Notes under the pieces: generated by a model | What the model was told of the DNA's origin: nothing | The model's input: only the letters and a program-made list of their open reading frames with translations | Database searches by the model: none | Part shown: in pieces, positions 1-7,971 of the stretch | Position numbering within the stretch: the first letter of the stretch is position 1 | Layout: each line of letters begins with the position of its first letter | Source: Chloroflexota bacterium | GTDB lineage: Bacteria; Chloroflexota; Limnocylindria; Limnocylindrales; CSP1-4 | Direction of reading: 5' to 3' | Assembly (NCBI GenBank): GCA_025351245.1 | Contig: JANXWH010000236.1 | Span: forward strand, 1-47,170 | DNA: 47,170 bases | Position numbers and translations under genes: made by a program

Positions 1-1
1 C

Positions 2-709
2 GTCAGCGCCCGCCATGCCGGCATCGAAGTCGTCCATCAGCTCGAAGCTGCCGCCGGACCGCCGGGCATTCTCCGCCGCCTGCGCGACGATGTCTGCGGG
101 GAGCTTGAATTCCGGCGGATGGACCAGCCGCACGTGCATCCCGTAGCGGGTCGTGAGGAGCGACAGGTCCACGGGAACGCTGATCGGCTTCTGATAGCTG
201 GCCGCGTAGGCCCAGCTGATCGCGATCGTGCGGCCCCGCGGGTCGCCCTTCTTCTCCTGGATGGTCAGGAGGTCGGCGAGCGACTGGTGGGGGTGGAACA
301 GGTCGCACTGCATGTTGAGGACGGGCACCCGGCTGGCGGCCGCCACATCCCGGATGTACTGGTTCCCCACGCCCCAGTCGACGTTCCGGATGGCGATCCC
401 GTCGTTGTAGCGGCCCAGGATCTCGCCGATCTCCGTGGCCGTGTCCCCGTGCGAGATCTGGGTCGTGCGGCTCTCGATGAACTGGGCGTGACCGCCCAGC
501 TGGGCCATCCCGGCCTCGAACGAGGCCCGGGTGCGGGTCGAGGAGAAGAAGAAGAGCATGGCGAGGACGCGGTCCCGCAGGAGCGGGTGCCCGATCCCGA
601 GGGCCCGCTCCCGCTTCAGCTGGAGGGCGACGTCGAGGACGGTGTCGATCTCCTCCTTCGTCCACTCCTGGAGGCTGATGAGGTCGCGGCCGCGCAGGTT
701 CGTCTGCAT
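2..709 (-). CDS. YgeW-like (knotted) carbamoyltransferase, 3' end outside window
   Basis: Manual translation from ATG 709: MQTNLRGRDLISLQEW...FFFSSTRTRASFE...NMQCDLFHPHQ...ISWAYAASYQKPISVP. It has the STRT and HPxQ carbamoyl-phosphate motifs and a WAYxxSYxKP loop as in YgeW. Not in the ORF track because it runs off the edge. Confidence 0.85.
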   Translation of the reverse strand, partial: MQTNLRGRDLISLQEWTKEEIDTVLDVALQLKRERALGIGHPLLRDRVLAMLFFFSSTRTRASFEAGMAQLGGHAQFIESRTTQISHGDTATEIGEILGRYNDGIAIRNVDWGVGNQYIRDVAAASRVPVLNMQCDLFHPHQSLADLLTIQEKKGDPRGRTIAISWAYAASYQKPISVPVDLSLLTTRYGMHVRLVHPPEFKLPADIVAQAAENARRSGGSFELMDDFDAGMAGAD

Positions 710-718
710 GGCGTCCCC

Positions 719-1672
719 TTACTCCGCCGCGCCGAGGACGAGCGAGAGGAGCGACATCCGGAGGCAGACCCCGTTGAACGCCTCGACCCAGTAGCGCTGG
801 TGGCGCGTGGCGTCGACGTCCTCCGGCAGCTCGTCCATCCGCGGCAGGGAGTGGAGGATGATCGAGCTCCGCTTCGCCTTCTCGCGCAGGAGCTGGCGGC
901 TGACGACGTACTCCGGCGGCGTGAGGCCGGTCTCGCCGGTGCGCTCGACGCGCGAAGCCGTGTAGTCGGCCTGGACGACCGGCTCCATGTAGATGACATC
1001 GGCCTCGCCGATCACGTCGCGGACGTCGCCGGCCTCGCGGTAGGCCACGTTCAGCTCGTCGAGCTCGGCCTTGAACTCGGGCAGGAGCGACATGTCCGGC
1101 GGCCCGACCACGATCGCCTCGGCGTCGAACTGCGAGAGGGCGTAGAGGATCGAGTGCATCGTCCGCATCCGCATGTCGCCGACGAGGAGGTAGGTCAACC
1201 CGTCGAGCGTGCCCTTCTCCCGCAGGATCGTGTAGAGGTCGGTCAGGACCTGGGTCGGGTGCTCGCCCCACCCGTCGCCGCAGTTGATGACCGGGACCGA
1301 CGCCCACTTCGCGGCCTCGTGCGGGGCGCCCTGCAGGAAGTGCCGGATGGCGATGACGTCGGCGTAGTACTCCAGCATGTGGAAGGTGTCCTTGATCGAC
1401 TCCTGGTAGAAGTCGCCGGCGCGCGTCATCTTCGAGTCGGAGAAGCCGAGGACGTGCCCGCCCAGGCGGTGCATGGCCGCCTCCGTGGAGAGCCGCGTCC
1501 GGGTGCTGGGCTGGTAGAACGCGGTCAGCAGCGATTTGTGCTTCAGCAGGTCCGTGTTCCGGCGGTCCCGGGCGAACGGGGCCAGGTCGTCGGCGACCTG
1601 GAAGACCCGGAAGAACTCGTCCCGGCTGAAGTCCTTCAGCGAGAGGATGTCGCGGCCTGCAAAACTACGCAT
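719..1672 (-). CDS. Aspartate carbamoyltransferase-like protein with altered substrate pocket
   Basis: FYQPSTRT, IRH, GDGWGEHPTQ, GDMRMRTMHS and HSLPR motifs. RBS AGGAAGG lies about 9 nt upstream of ATG 1672. Confidence 0.85.
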   Translation of the reverse strand: MRSFAGRDILSLKDFSRDEFFRVFQVADDLAPFARDRRNTDLLKHKSLLTAFYQPSTRTRLSTEAAMHRLGGHVLGFSDSKMTRAGDFYQESIKDTFHMLEYYADVIAIRHFLQGAPHEAAKWASVPVINCGDGWGEHPTQVLTDLYTILREKGTLDGLTYLLVGDMRMRTMHSILYALSQFDAEAIVVGPPDMSLLPEFKAELDELNVAYREAGDVRDVIGEADVIYMEPVVQADYTASRVERTGETGLTPPEYVVSRQLLREKAKRSSIILHSLPRMDELPEDVDATRHQRYWVEAFNGVCLRMSLLSLVLGAAE

Positions 1673-1761
1673 TACTGGCACCTTCCTGTGGGTTCAATTG
1701 ATACGCCGGAAGCAACATCTTCCGACCCTGTCCACGCTTCCAACAAATGCGCCGACTCGAT

Positions 1762-2580
1762 TCACACACGTGCATCGACTGGCACCGCCACCGCAAGACC
1801 AACCGCCCGCCCATGTGGCGCTGGACCCTCGGAGACCTGGGGAGAGAGTTGGTTAACGCGGCGAATGATGTGAAAGCGGAAGTGACCGGGACTGAAGTAG
1901 CTGACCGAGTAGTCCACGACGCGCCCAGTTGCCGCGTAGAGCTGTGCGGAGAACTTGAGAAGGGGATCTCCGACACGCAGATGAAGCCGGTGTGCCATGT
2001 CGGTATCCGCCGCCTCCGCGCCCAGTTCCGTATGGGAGTGCTTGAGCGGTGGATCGCCGCGCCGTAGCAGGAAGTCCAGCACCGAACCGTCAAAAGAGTC
2101 CCCCAGCTCCTTCGGGTCCAGGACGTCGGTCGGGACCACGTCGATGAGGAAGGCAATTGGACGCTCGCCTGACATCATCACGCGCTGGACAGCCAGAACT
2201 GTGCTCGCTGGGGACATCTGCAGAGACTCCGCCTCGCCCGGCGCGGCCGCTCGCTCCCGGATCTCGCATTCGCCCATATGGATCTCCACCCCGATGCTCT
2301 GAGCGAGGGTTTCGATGCTTTGGAGCTCCTCCAGCCCCGCGACGACGAGGGGATGACGTGGGCCGACAAAGGTTCCGATCCCGTGGCGACGGACGATCAG
2401 GCCGCCCTGCTCCAGCTGCGAGAGTGCCTCCCGAAGAGTCGCTCGGCTCACGCCGATGCGTTGACTGAGCGTGGCTTCCGAGGGCAGAAGTCCGTCGTCG
2501 CCTGCCAACGCCCCCGACTGGATCCCCTCGGCGACTTCCTGGGCCGCTTGCCGGGCCAAGGTCAGATTACGGCGAACCAT
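1762..2580 (-). CDS. GntR family (HutC/UTRA) transcriptional regulator
   Basis: LPSEATLSQRIGVSRATLREAL...RRHGIGTFV winged HTH, followed by a UTRA-like C-terminal domain. Confidence 0.92.
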   Translation of the reverse strand: MVRRNLTLARQAAQEVAEGIQSGALAGDDGLLPSEATLSQRIGVSRATLREALSQLEQGGLIVRRHGIGTFVGPRHPLVVAGLEELQSIETLAQSIGVEIHMGECEIRERAAAPGEAESLQMSPASTVLAVQRVMMSGERPIAFLIDVVPTDVLDPKELGDSFDGSVLDFLLRRGDPPLKHSHTELGAEAADTDMAHRLHLRVGDPLLKFSAQLYAATGRVVDYSVSYFSPGHFRFHIIRRVNQLSPQVSEGPAPHGRAVGLAVAVPVDARV

Positions 2581-2804
2581 TTCACCTGCTTCGCGTGTAC
2601 GTGTAGGTGTCCCGCGTGTGGCATGCCGTGGAGACGATGCCTCGGCGGCCGGGTGTACGTGCGCCGGAAGGACGGCGGCTCACAGCGACATCGCGAGCGG
2701 GGCGCACCATGTCGCCGATTCAGCCGTGGCAGGCCAGCCGTGACATCCCGATCCGGGACACGAGACTGGTGCTGGCGAGAGCCGTTGAATCACGAGCTGT
2801 CACT

Positions 2805-2877
2805 CCAGACATCAGACGCTAGTCATCCGACATCCTCTCCGAGCCCGCATTGTGCCAAGCCAAGCCGCCCTGTCCAA
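2805..2877 (-). promoter_or_regulatory. Candidate sigma70 promoter and downstream GntR-like operator repeats for the gntR operon
   Basis: Minus strand TGGACA-N16-CACAAT with a TG extension (2849-2876). Repeated CATC(A/C)GAC motifs lie at about 2805-2835. Confidence 0.35.
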
Positions 2878-3028
2878 AGTGCCATTCGGCCTGTTGACCG
2901 GTTGCCGACGATGCGTGTTCACCACACCGGAGATCGCCACACACTCCCGGCCGTCGAGCACTCCGGCACCGGCCATGCCGCACGCCGACCCGATGGGCGC
3001 GGAAGCGCGTCCTGGCAATGGCGGCCTC

Positions 3029-3304
3029 TCAAGTTCGGCGGTCCCGCCGTCGTGTCACGCTCTCGCGGCTACGCACGCGCCCACGTGCATCGGCGCAGTC
3101 ATGGCAGTACCGCTGAACCGGCGAGCGCCGCTCGACGACCTGCCTGCAGTCCTGACACTCGAGCGGCGCGACCTTCAGCCACGCGCGGGAGCGGCCCGGG
3201 CGGGGGAGCGTTACTGTGGCCCGCCCCTCTCTGCGGATCCGCCTCGCTCTTTCAGTAGGCGTTACCCCGCCCACAGGCGGGAGGGTCCGGCCCGCCGGAG
3301 CCAC
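3029..3304 (-). CDS. Small hypothetical zinc-ribbon protein
   Basis: CQDC-x11-YCHDC (two CxxC pairs) followed by an Arg-rich tail. Start codon uncertain. Confidence 0.45.
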   Translation of the reverse strand: MAPAGRTLPPVGGVTPTERARRIRREGRATVTLPRPGRSRAWLKVAPLECQDCRQVVERRSPVQRYCHDCADARGRVRSRESVTRRRDRRT

Positions 3305-3308
3305 TCAC

Positions 3309-3530
3309 TTACTGAATCCCGCCGGTTAACACCTTCTCGGTCGCGGCCTTCCAGACGATGACCGCGTGGCTCTCGCGACTGCCGACGTCGATTCGCTCGA
3401 AGAGGTCGCGGACCCAAGCCACGGCGCCTCCTCCGAGCCATGCTCGGCTGCCGGCCGACGCACGAGGCCGTTCTATGCGTCCACCGTGGACCCCCATTTC
3501 CCGCCGCCGAGTGGCGACTGACATGCCCAC
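3309..3530 (-). CDS. Small hypothetical protein
   Basis: Short ORF ending 4 nt before the zinc-ribbon ORF on the same strand. No recognisable motif. Confidence 0.3.
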   Translation of the reverse strand: MGMSVATRRREMGVHGGRIERPRASAGSRAWLGGGAVAWVRDLFERIDVGSRESHAVIVWKAATEKVLTGGIQ

Positions 3531-3636
3531 CGTCCCGCTGTCGGGCCTCCCGGCCGTTGCGCTGCGAGTAGCGCTACCCCCGCGGCCCTATCGGCCACGC
3601 AACCCACCAACATCGACCGTGAGCCGGCTGTCCAGC

Positions 3637-5259
3637 TCAGTGAGTCGCCTTGAGCGCGGCCAGAAGTGCGGCCCCGTCCGGCCGGCCCAGCCCGGTGCAG
3701 GCGTCCCAGCCGAGTCCCGCCCCGTAGGCCCCATTGCCGCCGGCCGTGATGTCCCGGAATACGCTCGATGGAGCCCCGTAGAGCAGCGGATTCAGGAAGC
3801 CGACGGGCTTGTTCAGCTGCTGGTTGAGCTGCGCGACGAGGGCAGCCAGGAGTGGTGCGACCGCACTGGTCCCACCGATGACCATCTGCTGCCCGTCCAC
3901 GCGGACCTCGTACCCGCTGACCGGGCTGGCGTCACCGGCGACATCGGGCACGCCGCGGCCGACCCGCCCGCCGGGGTTGGCCGACCTGGGCACCGCTGCG
4001 CTCGCCTGATACGCGGGCAGATCGAAGTAGTCGCTGATCCCTCCACCCGTCGAGCCACCCTGGGCCCCGTCGTTCCAGGCCAGCTCGTCGCTGATCGAGG
4101 CCGTCGAGGCGATCAGGTGAGTCCCGCCGCAGGCGACGACATGCGGGCTGGAGGCCGGGAAGTCCGCGTGGGCGAGGCCATCCCCGACGGCGTCGTCCGA
4201 CCCGTTGTCGCCGGACGCACAGAGAACGGTGACCCCCACGAGAGCGGCTTCCTGGAATGCCTGGTCCATCGCCTGCATCGCCTGGGCGGTCCAATGCTGC
4301 TCCGCCCCTCCCCAGCTGATGGAGATGACAGATGGCTTGTTGACGTTGTCCTGGACCGCGGCGGTCACCGCGTCCAGGAAGCCCCGGTCCGTGTTCGGGG
4401 CGAAGTAGACCGCGATCCTGGCGCCCGGGGCCACCGATCCGGCCACCTCGATGTCCAGCATGACCTCCCCGTCGGCGCTGTTCGGCGTGGTCGGTCGGCT
4501 CTTCGCTCCGTCGACGGAGACTGCGACGATCTTCGGCGCGGAGATGCCCAGTTGCGCGAAGTACGCCTTCAGGTCGCCCCTTCGAAGTCCCCCGCCCAGC
4601 TCGATGATGGCGATGCACTGCCCGCTCCCCGTGGCGGCGGGCACGAAGTCGTAGAGGCGAGCGACCTGCGGTGGTGTGAACGACGTCGCGGCGACGGCCG
4701 GCGCCGCACGTGGCTGCAACGAACCGGCAAGCGAGACGGCGGGCTTCCCCTCGATCGGGAGCGAGCGGAAATGCGGCTTCGCCTGCGGCCGGTCGTCAAG
4801 GCCGAACACTCCCTCGACGATGGCGTCGAGTTCGGTGGGAATCGTCACGGGACCGGTGCGCCCGCGATACGTCCCCTGGGCGGACTGGTACCGCTGAAGC
4901 GTCACCCCGAACGCCGCGCTGACATTCTGGGCGGGACCGGCCAGGACGAGCTTCCGCTGGGCCCGATCGGCCTCGATGACCTCCAGCCCATGCTCCGCCG
5001 CGAACGACCTGACGGCGGCAATGTCGGCTGGGTCTGCGCCCAGGGTGGTGCGCAGCTCGTCCCGCGTCAGGTAGCGGCGTTCTCCTATGCTCTGGGACGA
5101 CACGGCAGGCGCCGCCGGAATCGTGGCCGAGGGGCGCGGTCGGACCCGCACCGTGACCTCGATGCGCTCGTCAGGATGGACATCGCCGATGACCTGAGCT
5201 CCCGGCATCGCCTCGCGGCCGCTGCCAGGAACCTGAACTCTCGCCTTCTCGGAAGTCAC
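3637..5259 (-). CDS. S53 family (sedolisin/kumamolisin-like) serine-carboxyl peptidase with prodomain
   Basis: GEVMLDIE (Glu/Asp), ASGDNG oxyanion Asp, GRGVPDVA, GGTSAVAP catalytic Ser and GWDACTGLG. GTG 5259 follows a G-rich RBS. Confidence 0.95.
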   Translation of the reverse strand: MTSEKARVQVPGSGREAMPGAQVIGDVHPDERIEVTVRVRPRPSATIPAAPAVSSQSIGERRYLTRDELRTTLGADPADIAAVRSFAAEHGLEVIEADRAQRKLVLAGPAQNVSAAFGVTLQRYQSAQGTYRGRTGPVTIPTELDAIVEGVFGLDDRPQAKPHFRSLPIEGKPAVSLAGSLQPRAAPAVAATSFTPPQVARLYDFVPAATGSGQCIAIIELGGGLRRGDLKAYFAQLGISAPKIVAVSVDGAKSRPTTPNSADGEVMLDIEVAGSVAPGARIAVYFAPNTDRGFLDAVTAAVQDNVNKPSVISISWGGAEQHWTAQAMQAMDQAFQEAALVGVTVLCASGDNGSDDAVGDGLAHADFPASSPHVVACGGTHLIASTASISDELAWNDGAQGGSTGGGISDYFDLPAYQASAAVPRSANPGGRVGRGVPDVAGDASPVSGYEVRVDGQQMVIGGTSAVAPLLAALVAQLNQQLNKPVGFLNPLLYGAPSSVFRDITAGGNGAYGAGLGWDACTGLGRPDGAALLAALKATH

Positions 5260-5471
5260 AATGGTCCCCCCTTCCAGGACTATCCAGCACGTTCGCCACG
5301 GCTCCAACCCCGCAGGGTCCCACCGTCAGGTCCTTCGCCTCGTCACTGCCCGCGCATGCACCGGGCAAGGGCCGGCTCGCGGTGAGGGTGTTGCATCCTG
5401 GGCGACCGATCGGTCGCCGCTTGTCGGGTTGCGACCGACCTCGTGGCCGGCCGCAACCCGATCTCCAGGCG

Positions 5472-7478
5472 TTACCGCTTGCAGAACGCCATGTGGTCGG
5501 AGAAGGTGCCGAAGACCCCTCCGTAGCCAGAGGTGAGATTCAGCGTCGCCTCGAGCCACACGATATAGGCGCATGGCGTCAGGGCGGCGATGTTGAAGTC
5601 ATGCCCACCGCCCGGTGAGACCGCCTGACCATCCACCGAGATGGCCGGGTTGACCGGAGCAGGTGGCGGGATCCCCGGGCCCTCGAGCCGGACATCCAGG
5701 CTGGCGAGGTACGGGTGGTAGGCCGTGAAGACGACGTGGACGTGGGTGCTCAGCGGGACGCAGCCGCCGCCGCTGGCCTCTTCGACGATATCGACGGCGA
5801 GCACAGGGATCGTGCTCACGGGACCGCCAGCCCACTCCGGGTGCCGGATGTAGGTGTACAGGGTGTTGCTGAGGGCGATTTTGACGCGCTCGTTGGAGCT
5901 CACCGCCGCGCCGCCCACGACCTTGCGTGCGTCGAAGTAGATCTTGAAGTGCGGCTTCTCCGACTTCTGTCCGGCGGGCACGCTGTCGCCGGCCTTGAGG
6001 GGCAGCGGCGGTGCGTTGACCGAGAGGTCGAAGACTTCGCTCGTCAGCTTCGTCGTGTCAAGGTTGGCCAGGCCACCGGTCGGGATGAACCGCCCGAGCC
6101 CGCCGAAGGTCAGGCTGTTGTCGCGGGGGACCTCGATCCAGCCACCCGGCTTGACGTCCTTGTTGACCGGGACGGGCGTGGAGGCGCCAGGTCCGGTGTT
6201 GACCGTGGCGATCGCGCCTGGGTTGTTGACATAGTAGTTGGCCGACCGGAGCGTGTAGCTGAGCCCGTTCCAGTCCCAGTATTCGAGCTGGCCGATCACC
6301 GTGGCCGGGATCATCGCCGCGGTCACATCCTGGCGACCGCCGCCGAGTGGGTACTTCTCAGTCTGGAACCGATACTCCTCGGCCTCGGGCGCCGTGCCGT
6401 CGGGCAGGATGCCGATGAGCGGGATGGTCCCGGTGAAGGCGAGACCCCCGGCGGTCGTCGTGCCGTCGGCGGTGAAGTCGTTCCAAATCGGATCAACGCG
6501 ATACGAACCGACGTGGGTGAAGAGCGGGATCGTTGTCGGCGGTCGGCAGATGCAGAAGCAGAACCGCTCGCAGCTCTCGTAGCAGATCCAGTGGCAGAGC
6601 TGGTGGCAGAAGCGGGTGAGTTCGAGTTCCTTTACGAGCGCCGAGAACGCGGGCTCGTTTTGGGAGAGGACCGCCTCGGCGAGACGTTCGAATGCGCCCT
6701 CAACCTTGGCGACCCGAGCGACCGCCTGCGCGAAGGCGCGCATCTCCTCGATGGGTGATTCGATCGCCCGGGGCAGGTCGCCGCACAGACGGCGGCAGAC
6801 GAGCACGCAGCGCCAGCTGCAGAGCCACAGGCAGATATACTCGCAATCGCCTCGGTCGCCGACCAGATTCGCAACGCGCTCACAGTCGAGCTCGAGCGCC
6901 CCCTTGATCAGTTCGCCGAGCGAGTCGCGACTCTCAAGCAGGCGCCGAACGGCGGATCCGGCGACGCTCAGCTCCGCGACGAAGTTCCTCGGCTCGATCG
7001 GCCTGGGCGAGCAGACAATCCCGCAGCGGAGGCGACACCGCACCTGGCAGGCCCAGTGACACAGCAGGTGCGCGAAGCGTTCGCCTTCGACCTGCTTGAG
7101 TAGCCCAGAGAACGCATGCTGGTCGCGGTCCTCGACCGCATCCGCGAGACGCTCGACGAGTTCCTCGTCCTGGGTGATCTTGACCAGGATCTCGGCGAAC
7201 CTGGGCAGCTCGTCGACCGTTACCGGCTGCTCCGGCCAGGGCCCGGCGAGCTCCAGGCAGAGCAGCACGCACTCCTTGGCGCAGAACCAGTGGGATATCC
7301 CCTCGCAGTCGGCCGCCAGGCCGAACTGTCCGAGAAGGCGCTGGAAAGACTCGCCGTCCTCGCCCCGAAAGGCATCCAGGGCGGCCCTGAAGACCGTCTC
7401 GTCCTCCGCGATCCGGCCCATCGCCTCGCCAGATCGCCGGAGATCGTCGAACAACTGCTGCTTGTCTTCCAGAGGCAT
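5472..7478 (-). CDS. Hypothetical protein with four helical Cys-ladder repeats and a beta-rich C-terminal domain
   Basis: 668-aa ORF with a GGAGGAG RBS and natural amino-acid composition. Four ~75-85 aa repeats each end in a C-x3-C-x3-C series. Confidence 0.88.
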   Translation of the reverse strand: MPLEDKQQLFDDLRRSGEAMGRIAEDETVFRAALDAFRGEDGESFQRLLGQFGLAADCEGISHWFCAKECVLLCLELAGPWPEQPVTVDELPRFAEILVKITQDEELVERLADAVEDRDQHAFSGLLKQVEGERFAHLLCHWACQVRCRLRCGIVCSPRPIEPRNFVAELSVAGSAVRRLLESRDSLGELIKGALELDCERVANLVGDRGDCEYICLWLCSWRCVLVCRRLCGDLPRAIESPIEEMRAFAQAVARVAKVEGAFERLAEAVLSQNEPAFSALVKELELTRFCHQLCHWICYESCERFCFCICRPPTTIPLFTHVGSYRVDPIWNDFTADGTTTAGGLAFTGTIPLIGILPDGTAPEAEEYRFQTEKYPLGGGRQDVTAAMIPATVIGQLEYWDWNGLSYTLRSANYYVNNPGAIATVNTGPGASTPVPVNKDVKPGGWIEVPRDNSLTFGGLGRFIPTGGLANLDTTKLTSEVFDLSVNAPPLPLKAGDSVPAGQKSEKPHFKIYFDARKVVGGAAVSSNERVKIALSNTLYTYIRHPEWAGGPVSTIPVLAVDIVEEASGGGCVPLSTHVHVVFTAYHPYLASLDVRLEGPGIPPPAPVNPAISVDGQAVSPGGGHDFNIAALTPCAYIVWLEATLNLTSGYGGVFGTFSDHMAFCKR

Positions 7479-7914
7479 GGGACGCTCCTCCGCTGCGGCT
7501 GTCGCCGAGATCGCATCACCTGGACGGGCCTTGGCCGCTCCATGGCTGCCCGGGCCTCACGTCTCGCTGGTAGATCGCGAGAGCCGAGCCGGGCGCAGCC
7601 GCAACCCTCACCGACGGGTGGGCCAGAGTCGCGCGAGCGATGCATTCCGGTCGGGTCTTCGGGTCACAGGCGAAACCCGGAATCACTCGACCTCGCCCGG
7701 CTCCATCGCTTGCGGTTCGACCACGAGTCGGCCATCAGGTAGATGCCGTGTCGCTCACGTCATCTCTGGCGTGGCGAGATCTCGGTCCGAATTGGGCGTA
7801 GTGGGGCGCGCCGGACTGGCGGCCAGCGTATCGACGTTCGGGCAGGTCGTCAAGCGATGTGAACCGCCGTGTCACCGACGACAGGGTGCTCGAACCGGCG
7901 CTCAAACAGGGGGG

Positions 7915-7943
7915 TTGAAGTCTTGGGATCGTCGTCCTATCGT
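7915..7943 (+). promoter_or_regulatory. Candidate sigma70 promoter for the M64 peptidase gene
   Basis: TTGAAG-N17-TATCGT, 28 nt upstream of ATG 7972. Confidence 0.45.
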
Positions 7944-7971
7944 ATGGTTTCGGAGTGGACGGGGGGTACAC

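Noticed and set aside
7096-7971. N-terminal extension of the M64 ORF (982 aa)
   Set aside because: It overlaps the opposite-strand gene. A promoter and RBS support ATG 7972.
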